A stretch of 64,000 nt of DNA, taken from assembly GCF_024700885.2 (NCBI RefSeq), contig NZ_CP117016.1; one strand, given 5' to 3'. A program made the translations under genes and the position numbers. Positions 46,439 through 56,968 of this stretch are shown piece after piece. Numbering within the stretch: position 1 is the stretch's first letter; every line of letters begins with the position of its first letter. The notes beneath the pieces are model-generated. The model did not search any database, was not told the DNA's origin, and worked only from the letters and a program-made list of their open reading frames with translations. The DNA is from Escherichia coli (GTDB lineage Bacteria > Pseudomonadota > Gammaproteobacteria > Enterobacterales > Enterobacteriaceae).

Positions 46439-49075
46439 TTACTCGTCAGCGTCGTCTGCGACATCATCGTCGCTTTCCACTTCCGGAGCGATTTCATCGT
46501 CCCCTTCCGCGGCACTGCCATCGATGGTATCCAGATCTTCCTCGTCAACCGGTTCAGCAACACGTTGCAGACCCACTACGTTTTCATCTTCCGCAGTACG
46601 GATGAGGATCACGCCCTGGGTGTTACGACCTACGATGCTGATTTCCGAAACGCGAGTACGTACCAGCGTACCGGCATCAGTGATCATCATGATCTGGTCG
46701 CAGTCATCTACCTGCACCGCGCCAACCACTAAACCGTTACGTTCGGTAACCTTGATGGAGATAACCCCTTTCGTCGCACGCGACTTAGTCGGGTATTCCG
46801 CCACTGCGGTACGTTTACCATAACCGTTCTGCGTTGCGGTGAGGATTGCGCCATCGCCACGAGGCACGATCAGAGAGACGACTTTATCGCCTTCACCTAA
46901 GCGAATACCGCGAACACCGGTGGTGTTGCAGCCCATCGCACGGACAGAAGACTCTTTAAAGCGCACCACTTTACCTTCGGCGGAGAACAGCATTACTTCA
47001 TCTTCGCCGCTGGTCAGGTCAACGCCGATCAGCTCATCGCCTTCAACCAGTTTGATCGCCACTTTACCGGCGGTACGCAGACGGTTGAATTCGGTGAGGA
47101 CGGTTTTCTTAACAGTACCGTTAGCGGTCGCCATGAAGACTTTCACGCCTTCTTCAAACTCGGTCACCGGCAGGATCGCGGTGATACGTTCGTCCTGCTC
47201 CAGCGGCAGCAGGTTGACAATCGGACGACCGCGCGCGCCACGAGTGGCTTCCGGCAACTGATAGACTTTCATCGAATAGACGCGACCACGGCTGGAGAAG
47301 CACAGAATATGGTCGTGGGTGTTCGCCACCAGCAGTCGGTCAATAAAGTCTTCTTCTTTAATACGTGCGGCAGATTTGCCTTTCCCGCCACGACGCTGCG
47401 CTTCGTATTCAGAAAGCGGCTGATACTTCACGTAGCCCTGGTGAGAGAGCGTCACAACCACATCTTCCTGAGTGATCAGATCTTCCAGGTTGATGTCTGC
47501 GCTGTTGGCGGTGATTTCAGTGCGACGTTTGTCACCGAACTGTTCACGAACCAGTTCCAGCTCTTCGCGGATCACTTCCATCAGACGATCGGCACTGCCA
47601 AGAATACGCAGCAGTTCTGCGATCTGATCCAGCAGCTCTTTATATTCGTCGAGCAGTTTTTCGTGCTCAAGGCCGGTCAGTTTCTGCAAACGCAGATCCA
47701 GAATCGCCTGGGCTTGCTGTTCGGTCAGGTAGTACAGACCGTCACGCACGCCGAACTCTGGCTCCAGCCATTCCGGACGCGCAGCATCATCGCCCGCACG
47801 TTCGAGCATGGCGGCAACGTTGCCCAACTGCCACGGATTAGCAACCAGCGCAGTTTTCGCTTCTGCAGGCGTCGGCGCATGACGGATCAGTTCGATGATC
47901 GGGTCGATGTTCGCCAGCGCCACGGCTAATGCTTCAAGGATATGAGCACGATCGCGAGCTTTACGCAGTTCGAAAATAGTACGACGGGTCACCACTTCAC
48001 GGCGGTGACGAACAAACGCCGCGATGATGTCTTTCAGGTTCATGATCTTCGGCTGACCATGGTGCAATGCCACCATGTTGATACCGAAAGAAACCTGCAA
48101 CTGGGTCTGGGAGTAGAGGTTGTTAAGCACAACTTCACCGACCGCATCGCGTTTCACTTCAATCACGATGCGCATACCGTCTTTGTCAGACTCGTCACGC
48201 AGCGCGCTGATGCCTTCCACGCGTTTTTCTTTTACCAGTTCCGCAATCTTCTCGATCAGGCGCGCTTTGTTCACCTGATACGGAATTTCGTGGACGATAA
48301 TGGTTTCACGTCCGGTTTTGGCGTCAACTTCCACTTCAGCACGGGCGCGGATATATACCTTGCCGCGACCGGTACGGTAAGCTTCTTCAATACCGCGACG
48401 ACCATTAATGATTGCCGCCGTCGGGAAGTCCGGCCCAGGAATGTGTTCCATCAGCCCTTCAATGCTGATGTCTTCATCATCGATATACGCCAGACAACCG
48501 TTGATGACTTCCGTCAGGTTGTGCGGCGGGATGTTGGTTGCCATACCTACGGCGATACCGGAAGAACCGTTCACCAGCAGGTTAGGAATTTTGGTTGGCA
48601 TGACGTCGGGAATTTTTTCCGTGCCGTCATAGTTATCAACGAAATCGACCGTCTCTTTTTCGAGATCGGCCATCAGTTCATGGGCAATTTTCGCCAGACG
48701 GATTTCCGTATAACGCATTGCCGCCGCAGAGTCGCCGTCGATGGAACCGAAGTTACCCTGACCGTCTACCAGCATGTAACGCAGCGAGAATGGCTGCGCC
48801 ATACGGACGATCGTGTCATAAACCGCCAAGTCACCATGGGGATGGTATTTACCGATTACGTCACCAACGACACGGGCAGATTTTTTATAGGCTTTGTTCC
48901 AGTCATTGCCTAGTACGTTCATGGCGTAAAGTACGCGACGGTGTACCGGCTTCAGGCCATCTCGGACATCTGGCAGCGCACGGCCAACAATGACCGACAT
49001 CGCATAATCCAGATAGGAGCTCTTCAGCTCTTCCTCAATGTTGACCGGTGTAATTTCTCTCGCAAGGTCGCTCAT
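46439..49075 (-). CDS. gyrA: DNA gyrase subunit A (878 aa as encoded), carrying S83L
   Basis: [19 protein letters not shown]-terminus, active-site region, acidic C-terminal tail; codon 83 reads TTG (Leu), codon 87 GAC (Asp). Confidence 0.95.
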   Translation of the reverse strand: MSDLAREITPVNIEEELKSSYLDYAMSVIVGRALPDVRDGLKPVHRRVLYAMNVLGNDWNKAYKKSARVVGDVIGKYHPHGDLAVYDTIVRMAQPFSLRYMLVDGQGNFGSIDGDSAAAMRYTEIRLAKIAHELMADLEKETVDFVDNYDGTEKIPDVMPTKIPNLLVNGSSGIAVGMATNIPPHNLTEVINGCLAYIDDEDISIEGLMEHIPGPDFPTAAIINGRRGIEEAYRTGRGKVYIRARAEVEVDAKTGRETIIVHEIPYQVNKARLIEKIAELVKEKRVEGISALRDESDKDGMRIVIEVKRDAVGEVVLNNLYSQTQLQVSFGINMVALHHGQPKIMNLKDIIAAFVRHRREVVTRRTIFELRKARDRAHILEALAVALANIDPIIELIRHAPTPAEAKTALVANPWQLGNVAAMLERAGDDAARPEWLEPEFGVRDGLYYLTEQQAQAILDLRLQKLTGLEHEKLLDEYKELLDQIAELLRILGSADRLMEVIREELELVREQFGDKRRTEITANSADINLEDLITQEDVVVTLSHQGYVKYQPLSEYEAQRRGGKGKSAARIKEEDFIDRLLVANTHDHILCFSSRGRVYSMKVYQLPEATRGARGRPIVNLLPLEQDERITAILPVTEFEEGVKVFMATANGTVKKTVLTEFNRLRTAGKVAIKLVEGDELIGVDLTSGEDEVMLFSAEGKVVRFKESSVRAMGCNTTGVRGIRLGEGDKVVSLIVPRGDGAILTATQNGYGKRTAVAEYPTKSRATKGVISIKVTERNGLVVGAVQVDDCDQIMMITDAGTLVRTRVSEISIVGRNTQGVILIRTAEDENVVGLQRVAEPVDEEDLDTIDGSAAEGDDEIAPEVESDDDVADDADE

Positions 49076-49221
49076 CTAACCGCTATCCCTCTACTGTATC
49101 CCGGATTCAAAGGTCGCAAATTATAACACAGCCGCGCAGTTTGAGGTAAACCTATACGCTTTATTCACATCCAATGCCTGATATACTCGTTTGTCTTGCC
49201 AATTACGGAGTAGAAGTGCCA

Positions 49222-49944
49222 ATGAATGCCGAAAAATCGCCGGTAAACCATAACGTAGACCACGAAGAGATCGCTAAATTTGAAGCTGTCGCCTCCCGCT
49301 GGTGGGATCTTGAAGGTGAGTTCAAACCGCTGCACCGCATTAACCCGCTGCGTCTGGGCTATATTGCCGAGCGTGCTGGCGGTTTATTTGGCAAAAAGGT
49401 GCTCGATGTCGGTTGTGGCGGCGGCATTCTGGCCGAGAGTATGGCGCGCGAAGGCGCGACGGTGACCGGTCTGGATATGGGCTTTGAGCCATTGCAGGTG
49501 GCAAAGCTGCACGCGCTGGAAAGCGGCATTCAGGTGGATTACGTGCAGGAAACCGTGGAAGAGCACGCGGCAAAACATGCCGGGCAGTATGATGTGGTGA
49601 CCTGCATGGAGATGCTGGAGCACGTGCCCGATCCGCAGTCAGTGGTAAGAGCCTGTGCGCAACTGGTGAAACCGGGCGGCGATGTCTTTTTCTCGACGCT
49701 TAACCGTAACGGCAAGTCGTGGCTGATGGCGGTGGTTGGCGCGGAATATATTTTGCGCATGGTGCCCAAAGGTACGCATGATGTGAAGAAGTTTATTAAA
49801 CCGGCAGAACTGCTTGGCTGGGTAGATCAGACAAGCCTTAAAGAGCGACATATAACCGGGTTACATTACAACCCGATCACTAATACTTTTAAACTCGGCC
49901 CCGGCGTCGATGTGAACTATATGCTGCACACGCAGAATAAGTGA
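49222..49944 (+). CDS. ubiG: Ubiquinone biosynthesis O-methyltransferase UbiG (240 aa)
   Basis: Start [20 protein letters not shown] at ATG 49222 with GGAG SD; SAM-binding motif VLDVGCGGG. Confidence 0.93.
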
Positions 49945-49959
49945 GGTTGTTGTTTGGAT

Positions 49960-50080
49960 TCATCCGGCAACCGCGCCAATGCCTGATGCGACGCTTGCCG
50001 CGCCTTATCAGGCCTACAAATGCTCCCGTAGGCCAGATAAGGCGTTTACGCCGCATCCGGCAATAGTGCCGGTCAGACAG
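49960..50080. repeat. REP/BIME cluster between convergent ubiG and yfaL
   Basis: gcctgatgcgacgcttgccgcgccttatcaggcctac... and ccagataaggcgtttacgccgcatccggca inverted REPs. Confidence 0.7.
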
Positions 50081-50083
50081 CGA

Positions 50084-53000
50084 TTACCATTTCACCGTCA
50101 TCGACAAAAACCCTGCCGTCTGGGCAAAATCATCACTCCCTTTCTGCCACGCCACGCTACCACGCAGGGACACTCGCTGACTGATATTGCCCGTGACTCC
50201 CACTTTTAATTCACCCCGTTGCTTCACCGCATCGTCACTGATAGTGCTGCCATCTTCTTCAATTTCCGTCGCATGCGGATCGTGATAATAATTCAGATCT
50301 AATGTTGGTATGACATGAACAGCGGTACGCCATTCGCTGTGTAAACCCAGCCGCGTTTGAATATCATCACCCTGCGATTGTGACACGCGCGCATGGTTAG
50401 CGGCGGTAAAATCATCCTGCTGCACGCCCTGATAAATCACCTGCGCCTGCGGTTCAATCACCACACCACGCCCCGGTAACCACTGATACCCGGCTTCCAG
50501 CGAGGCGATAATCCCCGATGAGTGGTAATGATCCACGCCATCTTCATGTTCGGAAACATCATTGTTAAACCACGCGTATTGCAGCCAGCTATCCAGCCAG
50601 GCCCCCTGCTTCTGATTACCGTGCTGAAACCAGCTTGAGGTCAGACCAACGGCATAACCGTGGTTCTGGTTATCGGCGCGAGTTCCGGTCATATTCGAGC
50701 GGCTGTCGCCCTGGTTATCACTGTAGCCACCAACCGCCCCAAGCATCCACTCGCCATCCGTGCCCCAGCACCCGCTAAACAAGTCGCCGCTAAGCTGCAC
50801 CGTAGAAGTGTCTTCATGCTGAGCCAGTTGCCCCGCTGCTGTGTAATGATAATCTCCGCCGATAACACGTAAATTCAGCGTCTGACCATCGCCACCAGCG
50901 TGATCGTGTCGCTCCATCACAAACGCCTGATTTGCCGCCCGCAGGTTATTAAAATATCCACCAACTTTGGCATTCAACACCGGCTGGTAGGCAGGCGTAG
51001 GGTCCGGGGCCGGGTCGGGTGTTGGATCAGGATCCGGCGTGGGATCAGGATCGGGAGTCGGGTCTGGATCAGGTGGCGATGGTGGCGTTACTTCTTGCGA
51101 TCGCAGATACCAGTCGTTGTTATCTTCCACCAGCGTGTAGTCATATGCTCCCATATTGACGTAGCCGCTGCCTGCCAGACTGAATTGCGCATTGTTTTGA
51201 AACTGCGTTGGATCGGCTGCGAAATCAACCACTTTAATGCCTGTCGATGTCGGCTCACCAATCCCTGTAATGGAGTTAACCATCACAGTTGTGTTGCCAG
51301 CAGTATTACCGTTCATCACCAATTGATCGCTTACCGAGTCATCGCCGTTTAATTCGCTATCGAGCAGTAGCGTACCACCGCCGGTATAATCACCGTTTAC
51401 CGTCAGCGTGTCGCCAGCGACGCCATTTTGCAGGCTGACCGCACCGGACGTATTGGTCAGATTGCCATTAACTGTTACGTCGGAAAGATAAGTCAGGCTG
51501 TCAGTTTCAAGGTTGGTATTAAGCTCGCCTGTCAACGTCACGCCATCGGTGGCATTCACCAGCGTCCCATCGCCGTTAAACAGTGAGGCATTAAGGGCGA
51601 TGGAAGTATCCTGCCCGGTCAGGCGCAAAACCGTACCATCGCTGATGTCGATAGTGCCGCTGGAAGTAACATCAATTGACTGAATATCCTGATCCGCGCC
51701 AGTCTTGAACGTTGCCCCGTCACCGACCCACAGCGACGAAGCATAAGGGAAGATATCCGCTACATCGCCTTGCAGCGTGCCTTCTTCGACACGTACCGCC
51801 GACTGCGTCGTACCACTGGCGGTCATTTCCAGCGTACCCGCTCCCGTTTTAGTCAATGTGCTACCCTCATCCAGATGCTGCCCGCTGCTGTCAGCCATCA
51901 GTGCGCCCCACTGCGTGTCTACCCCCGCATCAACCGCCACTTCACCGTCGGCGCGCATTTCAATATCACGCCCGTGACCTGCTGCCTCTGAACGAGTATC
52001 AACGTCAGCGGTAATTTCCATCTCACTTTGTTGTTGGCTATCAGTAAAGATGAGCTGACGGTTTTCGTCGGTATTGCCAAGCTGCGAGTTGTCGCTCACC
52101 ACCAGCGTACCGGAAGCGATTTGCGTGGTGCCCAGGTAACTATTATTGTTTGCCAGGCTAACCAGCCCGTCGCCCGCATCGATCACCACGTAGACGCCAT
52201 CTTTCTCGTCGCCGCCGATATGCAAATTGTCGCCACCTGCGAGATCCACCACATCCTGACTGCCGATAACCGTACCGCCGCTGCCGCTGACTGCAAGGCC
52301 ATCGTTGTATGATGTGCCGCTCTGCCAGGTGGCGAAATCAGAGAGATCAAGCACGCCGCCGTTTAACACGATCGACTGCGGATCGTCCTGGAGAGCGGCA
52401 AGATCTGCCGCGTCGCCTTCCAGCGTAAGCACCGCGCCATCATCAACGACTATATCGCCAGTTAGCGCCATCGACTGAGCCCCTGCCAGCACGTAGCTGC
52501 CGTTTTGCGCAATGGTGAGCTGACCAGCACCTTCGATGGTGCCAGCAAAACTGCCCTGATTAACAGTAACGTTGCCACCAGCATCGATATTTAAAGTGCC
52601 ATTCTGAAAGCCCGTCAATGCGTGCACAAAAGTTTGTTGGGTCGAGCCAACGTTTAGCTCAGCCTGATTCTGATACTGATCAAGACTCCCTATCGTCAGA
52701 CCGTAGCAGTCTTGCGGATCGTCCTGGCAATGAGTATCTCCGACATTCATCAGGGAGTTGCTGCGACCCAGGGTAACCTCACCGTTTTCTATCTGCATCT
52801 CGCCAGTAAAGTCATTGTTATCTGCATTAAGTACCAGATCGCCGGAACCTGTTTTGGTGATTACCCCGGTACCAGCAATAGAGTCAACAACTCCGTCATT
52901 CTCTGTATTGCCGATAACCAGCGTTTTTCCGTCGGCAATATCAAAGGTAACTTCACTTAAGCCGAGATACATAAAGCCGCCCGCCTCAGTGGAAGGACCA

Positions 53001-53842
53001 TCCCCATAACCTGCTGCGCTGTTGTTCTCATCCACTAACACGCCGTTGTTCTGGCTGTAGCTGTCATCAACTGAAATATCAATAAGATAGGGAGCCGTCA
53101 CGCTATTGGTATAAATCGCCCCACCATATCCCTCAGCAGAGTTATTTGTAAATGCGGTGTTATTTATTATTGTGAAACCTGACGGATGCGTGATATTGCT
53201 ATTATTATCGGTGACATCGATTGCCCCTCCATCGCCATCACTGTAACTTGTTGATGTATATGCCTGGTTGTTATCAAAAATAACTTCACTTAAATAGACG
53301 TCATTGTTGATGGTATAAATTGCACCACCTTTGCCGTCATTAGCGATGTTATTGCGAAACACGGCGTTAGTGACACTTAAATCGACGACACCGGTATCGT
53401 TAGTACCAGAAGAATAGATTGCGCCACCATAGCCACCTGCAACGTTACCGGAAAAAATAACATTAGTAAGATTCAGCGTTGAGTTTTCTTTAGCAAATAT
53501 TGCCCCGCCGTTATTATATTCTCCTGAGACAGTATTATTGGCAAACAGAGTCATTCCAGTTTCATTTTCTGGCGATAGAGAAAACTCCGCTCCTTGTTGC
53601 AAAAATACGGCCCCACCGCTGGCGTTATTGGTCATATCCGAAAAAACCAGCCATTGCCCATCGGCGATGCTCCAGTCCTGCGTAATGCCTGAAAGGCTTT
53701 GCCTGCTGGCGTGACAACTCGCTTTGATATCATATCCCTGACATGAATCAATGGCCGCCGCGACACCGTTAGCAGAGAAAAGAGATGCAATCATTGACGG
53801 GAGTAAAGATAAATACTCCTTGCGTAGAAAAATAATCCGCAT
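50084..53842 (-). CDS. yfaL: Autotransporter adhesin YfaL (1252 aa)
   Basis: Signal peptide, repetitive passenger domain, Pro/Asp/Thr linker, C-terminal beta-barrel ending ...GFLSMTVKW. Confidence 0.9.
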   Translation of the reverse strand: MRIIFLRKEYLSLLPSMIASLFSANGVAAAIDSCQGYDIKASCHASRQSLSGITQDWSIADGQWLVFSDMTNNASGGAVFLQQGAEFSLSPENETGMTLFANNTVSGEYNNGGAIFAKENSTLNLTNVIFSGNVAGGYGGAIYSSGTNDTGVVDLSVTNAVFRNNIANDGKGGAIYTINNDVYLSEVIFDNNQAYTSTSYSDGDGGAIDVTDNNSNITHPSGFTIINNTAFTNNSAEGYGGAIYTNSVTAPYLIDISVDDSYSQNNGVLVDENNSAAGYGDGPSTEAGGFMYLGLSEVTFDIADGKTLVIGNTENDGVVDSIAGTGVITKTGSGDLVLNADNNDFTGEMQIENGEVTLGRSNSLMNVGDTHCQDDPQDCYGLTIGSLDQYQNQAELNVGSTQQTFVHALTGFQNGTLNIDAGGNVTVNQGSFAGTIEGAGQLTIAQNGSYVLAGAQSMALTGDIVVDDGAVLTLEGDAADLAALQDDPQSIVLNGGVLDLSDFATWQSGTSYNDGLAVSGSGGTVIGSQDVVDLAGGDNLHIGGDEKDGVYVVIDAGDGLVSLANNNSYLGTTQIASGTLVVSDNSQLGNTDENRQLIFTDSQQQSEMEITADVDTRSEAAGHGRDIEMRADGEVAVDAGVDTQWGALMADSSGQHLDEGSTLTKTGAGTLEMTASGTTQSAVRVEEGTLQGDVADIFPYASSLWVGDGATFKTGADQDIQSIDVTSSGTIDISDGTVLRLTGQDTSIALNASLFNGDGTLVNATDGVTLTGELNTNLETDSLTYLSDVTVNGNLTNTSGAVSLQNGVAGDTLTVNGDYTGGGTLLLDSELNGDDSVSDQLVMNGNTAGNTTVMVNSITGIGEPTSTGIKVVDFAADPTQFQNNAQFSLAGSGYVNMGAYDYTLVEDNNDWYLRSQEVTPPSPPDPDPTPDPDPTPDPDPTPDPAPDPTPAYQPVLNAKVGGYFNNLRAANQAFVMERHDHAGGDGQTLNLRVIGGDYHYTAAGQLAQHEDTSTVQLSGDLFSGCWGTDGEWMLGAVGGYSDNQGDSRSNMTGTRADNQNHGYAVGLTSSWFQHGNQKQGAWLDSWLQYAWFNNDVSEHEDGVDHYHSSGIIASLEAGYQWLPGRGVVIEPQAQVIYQGVQQDDFTAANHARVSQSQGDDIQTRLGLHSEWRTAVHVIPTLDLNYYHDPHATEIEEDGSTISDDAVKQRGELKVGVTGNISQRVSLRGSVAWQKGSDDFAQTAGFLSMTVKW

Positions 53843-54375
53843 ATTAATCTGACCATCATTTTCTATAAGACGGCATATTTAATCGCATTATACGATATGG
53901 GTTATTTTTCTTTTGTAAATTGTTCAACCCGGTGCAATGGCTATTTTGTTATTATTTCATGAATAATATCAGTGCGTCATAATTCAAGTTAATCACCTTA
54001 AGGGATATCAGTTATGTTTAAACTGAATTAAAGTAATGAATAATTTTCTTATAATATAAGGTAAATTAACAAAATGGCTTCGCATTTAACAACAACCGAA
54101 GAGAAAACAACCATTTCGACATCAACAATCGCTTACATTCGCTTATATATTGACCATAACTGATACATCAGATTATGTGATGACTCGTGCTTAGATCAAT
54201 TTTTGCAATCATTAGCCAAAAGATTAATAAACCATCTATATCAATTTATCTAACCTATTCTTCCGTTCAAGAAATCGCCGAACAGTTATTTTTAACAAAT
54301 TTTTCTCTTCCCATTGACTTTCCCGGACACCTTGTCTGACCTAAGGTGCGCGAAAGCCACTTTTTCCTTCCTGAG

Positions 54376-54384
54376 TTATCCACA
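54376..54384 (+). promoter_or_regulatory. DnaA box upstream of the nrdA promoter
   Basis: Exact TTATCCACA consensus. Confidence 0.75.
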
Positions 54385-54413
54385 AAGTTATGCACTTGCA
54401 AGAGGGCCATTTT

Positions 54414-54460
54414 CACACTATCTTGCAGTGAATCCCAAACATACCCCCTATATATAGTGT
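54414..54460 (+). promoter_or_regulatory. Putative NrdR boxes around the nrdA promoter
   Basis: cacactatcttgcagtg and ccctatatatagtgt resemble the NrdR box consensus acaCwAtATaTwGtgt, spaced about 31 bp apart. Confidence 0.55.
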
Positions 54461-54537
54461 TCTAAGCAGCTTCCCTCACTACAGGTAGTCTGCATGAAAC
54501 TATTGCGGAAAGAATTCCAAAAACAGGTACGACATAC

Positions 54538-56823
54538 ATGAATCAGAATCTGCTGGTGACAAAGCGCGACGGTAGCACAGAGCGCATCAATCTCGACAAA
54601 ATCCATCGCGTTCTGGATTGGGCGGCAGAAGGACTGCATAACGTTTCGATTTCCCAGGTCGAACTGCGCTCCCACATTCAGTTTTATGACGGTATCAAGA
54701 CCTCTGACATCCACGAAACCATTATCAAGGCTGCCGCAGACCTGATCTCCCGTGATGCGCCGGATTATCAGTATCTCGCCGCGCGCCTGGCGATCTTCCA
54801 CCTGCGTAAAAAAGCCTACGGCCAGTTTGAGCCGCCTGCGCTGTACGACCACGTGGTGAAAATGATCGAGATGGGCAAATACGATAATCATCTGCTGGAA
54901 GACTACACGGAAGAAGAGTTCAAGCAGATGGACACGTTTATCGATCACGACCGTGATATGACCTTTTCTTATGCTGCGGTTAAGCAGCTGGAAGGCAAAT
55001 ATCTGGTGCAGAACCGTGTGACCGGCGAAATCTACGAAAGCGCCCAGTTCCTTTATATTCTGGTTGCCGCGTGCCTGTTCTCGAACTACCCGCGTGAAAC
55101 GCGCCTGCAATACGTGAAGCGTTTTTACGACGCGGTTTCCACATTTAAAATTTCGCTGCCGACGCCAATCATGTCCGGCGTGCGTACCCCGACTCGTCAG
55201 TTCAGCTCCTGCGTACTGATCGAGTGCGGTGACAGCCTGGATTCCATTAACGCCACCTCCAGCGCGATTGTTAAATACGTTTCCCAGCGTGCCGGGATCG
55301 GCATCAATGCCGGGCGTATTCGTGCGCTGGGTAGCCCGATTCGCGGTGGCGAAGCGTTCCATACCGGTTGTATTCCGTTCTATAAGCATTTCCAGACAGC
55401 GGTGAAATCCTGCTCTCAGGGCGGTGTGCGTGGCGGTGCGGCTACGCTGTTCTACCCGATGTGGCATCTGGAAGTTGAAAGCCTGCTGGTGTTGAAAAAC
55501 AACCGTGGGGTGGAAGGCAACCGCGTGCGTCATATGGACTACGGGGTACAAATCAACAAACTGATGTATACCCGTCTGCTGAAAGGTGAAGATATCACCC
55601 TGTTCAGCCCGTCCGACGTACCGGGGCTGTACGACGCGTTCTTCGCCGATCAGGAAGAGTTTGAACGCCTGTACACCAAATATGAGAAAGACGACAGCAT
55701 CCGCAAGCAGCGTGTGAAAGCCGTTGAGCTGTTCTCGCTGATGATGCAGGAACGTGCGTCTACCGGTCGTATCTATATTCAGAACGTTGACCACTGCAAT
55801 ACCCATAGCCCGTTTGATCCGGCCATCGCGCCAGTGCGCCAGTCTAACCTGTGCCTGGAAATCGCCCTGCCGACCAAACCGCTGAATGATGTCAACGACG
55901 AGAACGGTGAAATAGCGCTGTGTACGTTGTCTGCTTTCAACCTGGGCGCAATTAATAGCCTGGATGAACTGGAAGAGCTGGCGATTCTGGCGGTACGCGC
56001 ACTCGACGCGCTGCTGGACTATCAGGATTACCCGATCCCGGCCGCCAAACGTGGAGCGATGGGTCGTCGTACGCTGGGTATTGGTGTGATCAACTTCGCT
56101 TACTACCTGGCGAAGCACGGTAAACGCTACTCCGACGGCAGCGCCAACAACCTGACGCATAAAACCTTCGAAGCTATTCAGTATTACCTGCTGAAAGCCT
56201 CTAATGAGCTGGCGAAAGAGCAAGGCGCGTGCCCGTGGTTTAACGAAACCACTTACGCGAAAGGGATCCTGCCGATCGATACCTATAAGAAAGATCTGGA
56301 TGCCATCGCTAATGAGCCGCTGCATTACGACTGGGAAGCACTGCGTGAGTCAATCAAAACGCACGGCCTGCGTAACTCCACGCTTTCTGCTCTGATGCCG
56401 TCCGAGACCTCTTCGCAGATCTCTAACGCCACTAACGGTATTGAACCGCCGCGTGGTTACGTCAGCATCAAAGCGTCGAAAGACGGTATTCTGCGCCAGG
56501 TGGTGCCGGACTACGAGCATCTGCACGACGCCTATGAACTGCTGTGGGAAATGCCGGGTAACGATGGCTACCTGCAACTGGTGGGTATCATGCAGAAATT
56601 TATCGATCAGTCGATCTCTGCTAACACCAACTACGATCCGTCACGCTTCCCGTCAGGAAAAGTGCCGATGCAGCAACTGCTGAAAGACCTGCTCACCGCC
56701 TACAAATTCGGGGTCAAAACGCTGTATTATCAGAACACCCGTGACGGTGCTGAAGACGCACAAGACGATCTGGTACCGTCAATCCAGGACGATGGCTGCG
56801 AAAGCGGCGCATGTAAGATCTGA
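54538..56823 (+). CDS. nrdA: Ribonucleoside-diphosphate reductase 1 alpha subunit NrdA (761 aa)
   Basis: MNQNLLVTKRDGSTERINLDKIHRVL ATP-cone N-terminus, catalytic core, C-terminal cysteine pair. Confidence 0.96.
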   Translation: MNQNLLVTKRDGSTERINLDKIHRVLDWAAEGLHNVSISQVELRSHIQFYDGIKTSDIHETIIKAAADLISRDAPDYQYLAARLAIFHLRKKAYGQFEPPALYDHVVKMIEMGKYDNHLLEDYTEEEFKQMDTFIDHDRDMTFSYAAVKQLEGKYLVQNRVTGEIYESAQFLYILVAACLFSNYPRETRLQYVKRFYDAVSTFKISLPTPIMSGVRTPTRQFSSCVLIECGDSLDSINATSSAIVKYVSQRAGIGINAGRIRALGSPIRGGEAFHTGCIPFYKHFQTAVKSCSQGGVRGGAATLFYPMWHLEVESLLVLKNNRGVEGNRVRHMDYGVQINKLMYTRLLKGEDITLFSPSDVPGLYDAFFADQEEFERLYTKYEKDDSIRKQRVKAVELFSLMMQERASTGRIYIQNVDHCNTHSPFDPAIAPVRQSNLCLEIALPTKPLNDVNDENGEIALCTLSAFNLGAINSLDELEELAILAVRALDALLDYQDYPIPAAKRGAMGRRTLGIGVINFAYYLAKHGKRYSDGSANNLTHKTFEAIQYYLLKASNELAKEQGACPWFNETTYAKGILPIDTYKKDLDAIANEPLHYDWEALRESIKTHGLRNSTLSALMPSETSSQISNATNGIEPPRGYVSIKASKDGILRQVVPDYEHLHDAYELLWEMPGNDGYLQLVGIMQKFIDQSISANTNYDPSRFPSGKVPMQQLLKDLLTAYKFGVKTLYYQNTRDGAEDAQDDLVPSIQDDGCESGACKI

Positions 56824-56825
56824 TA

Positions 56826-56950
56826 TTGAGATGCCGGATGCGGCGTGAACGCCTTATCCGGCATACGGCTCGGTTTGTAGGCCTGATATGACGCGCCAGC
56901 GTCGCATCAGGCACAGGATGCGGCGTAAAATGCCTTATCCGGCATTAAAC
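56826..56950. repeat. REP/BIME cluster in the nrdA-nrdB intergenic region
   Basis: gatgccggatgcggcgtgaacgccttatccggcatac ... gcctgatatgacgcgccagcgtcgcatcaggc ... ggatgcggcgtaaaatgccttatccggca. Confidence 0.8.
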
Positions 56951-56968
56951 TCCCAACAGGACACATTC

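Noticed and set aside
47309-48913. Plus-strand ORFs of 206 and 323 aa inside gyrA
   Set aside because: Antisense to gyrA, which is unambiguous on the minus strand; no start context or motifs.
50995-51085. Short tandem repeats considered as a possible CRISPR array or other repeat locus
   Set aside because: The units are 6-12 bp, in frame within yfaL and encode a Pro-Asp-Thr linker; there is no spacer/repeat architecture and no cas genes. No CRISPR array was seen anywhere in the window.
54073-54162. 29-codon ORF (MASHLTTTEEKTTISTSTIAYIRLYIDHN) in the yfaL-nrdA intergenic region
   Set aside because: Weak and poorly spaced Shine-Dalgarno in a 695-bp AT-rich regulatory region where short ORFs arise by chance.
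54448-56325. 625-aa ORF on the minus strand antisense to nrdA
   Set aside because: It lies entirely opposite the conserved plus-strand nrdA. Its translation is low-complexity (Gln/Arg/Val-rich) with no recognisable motif, so it is a shadow ORF from codon bias.
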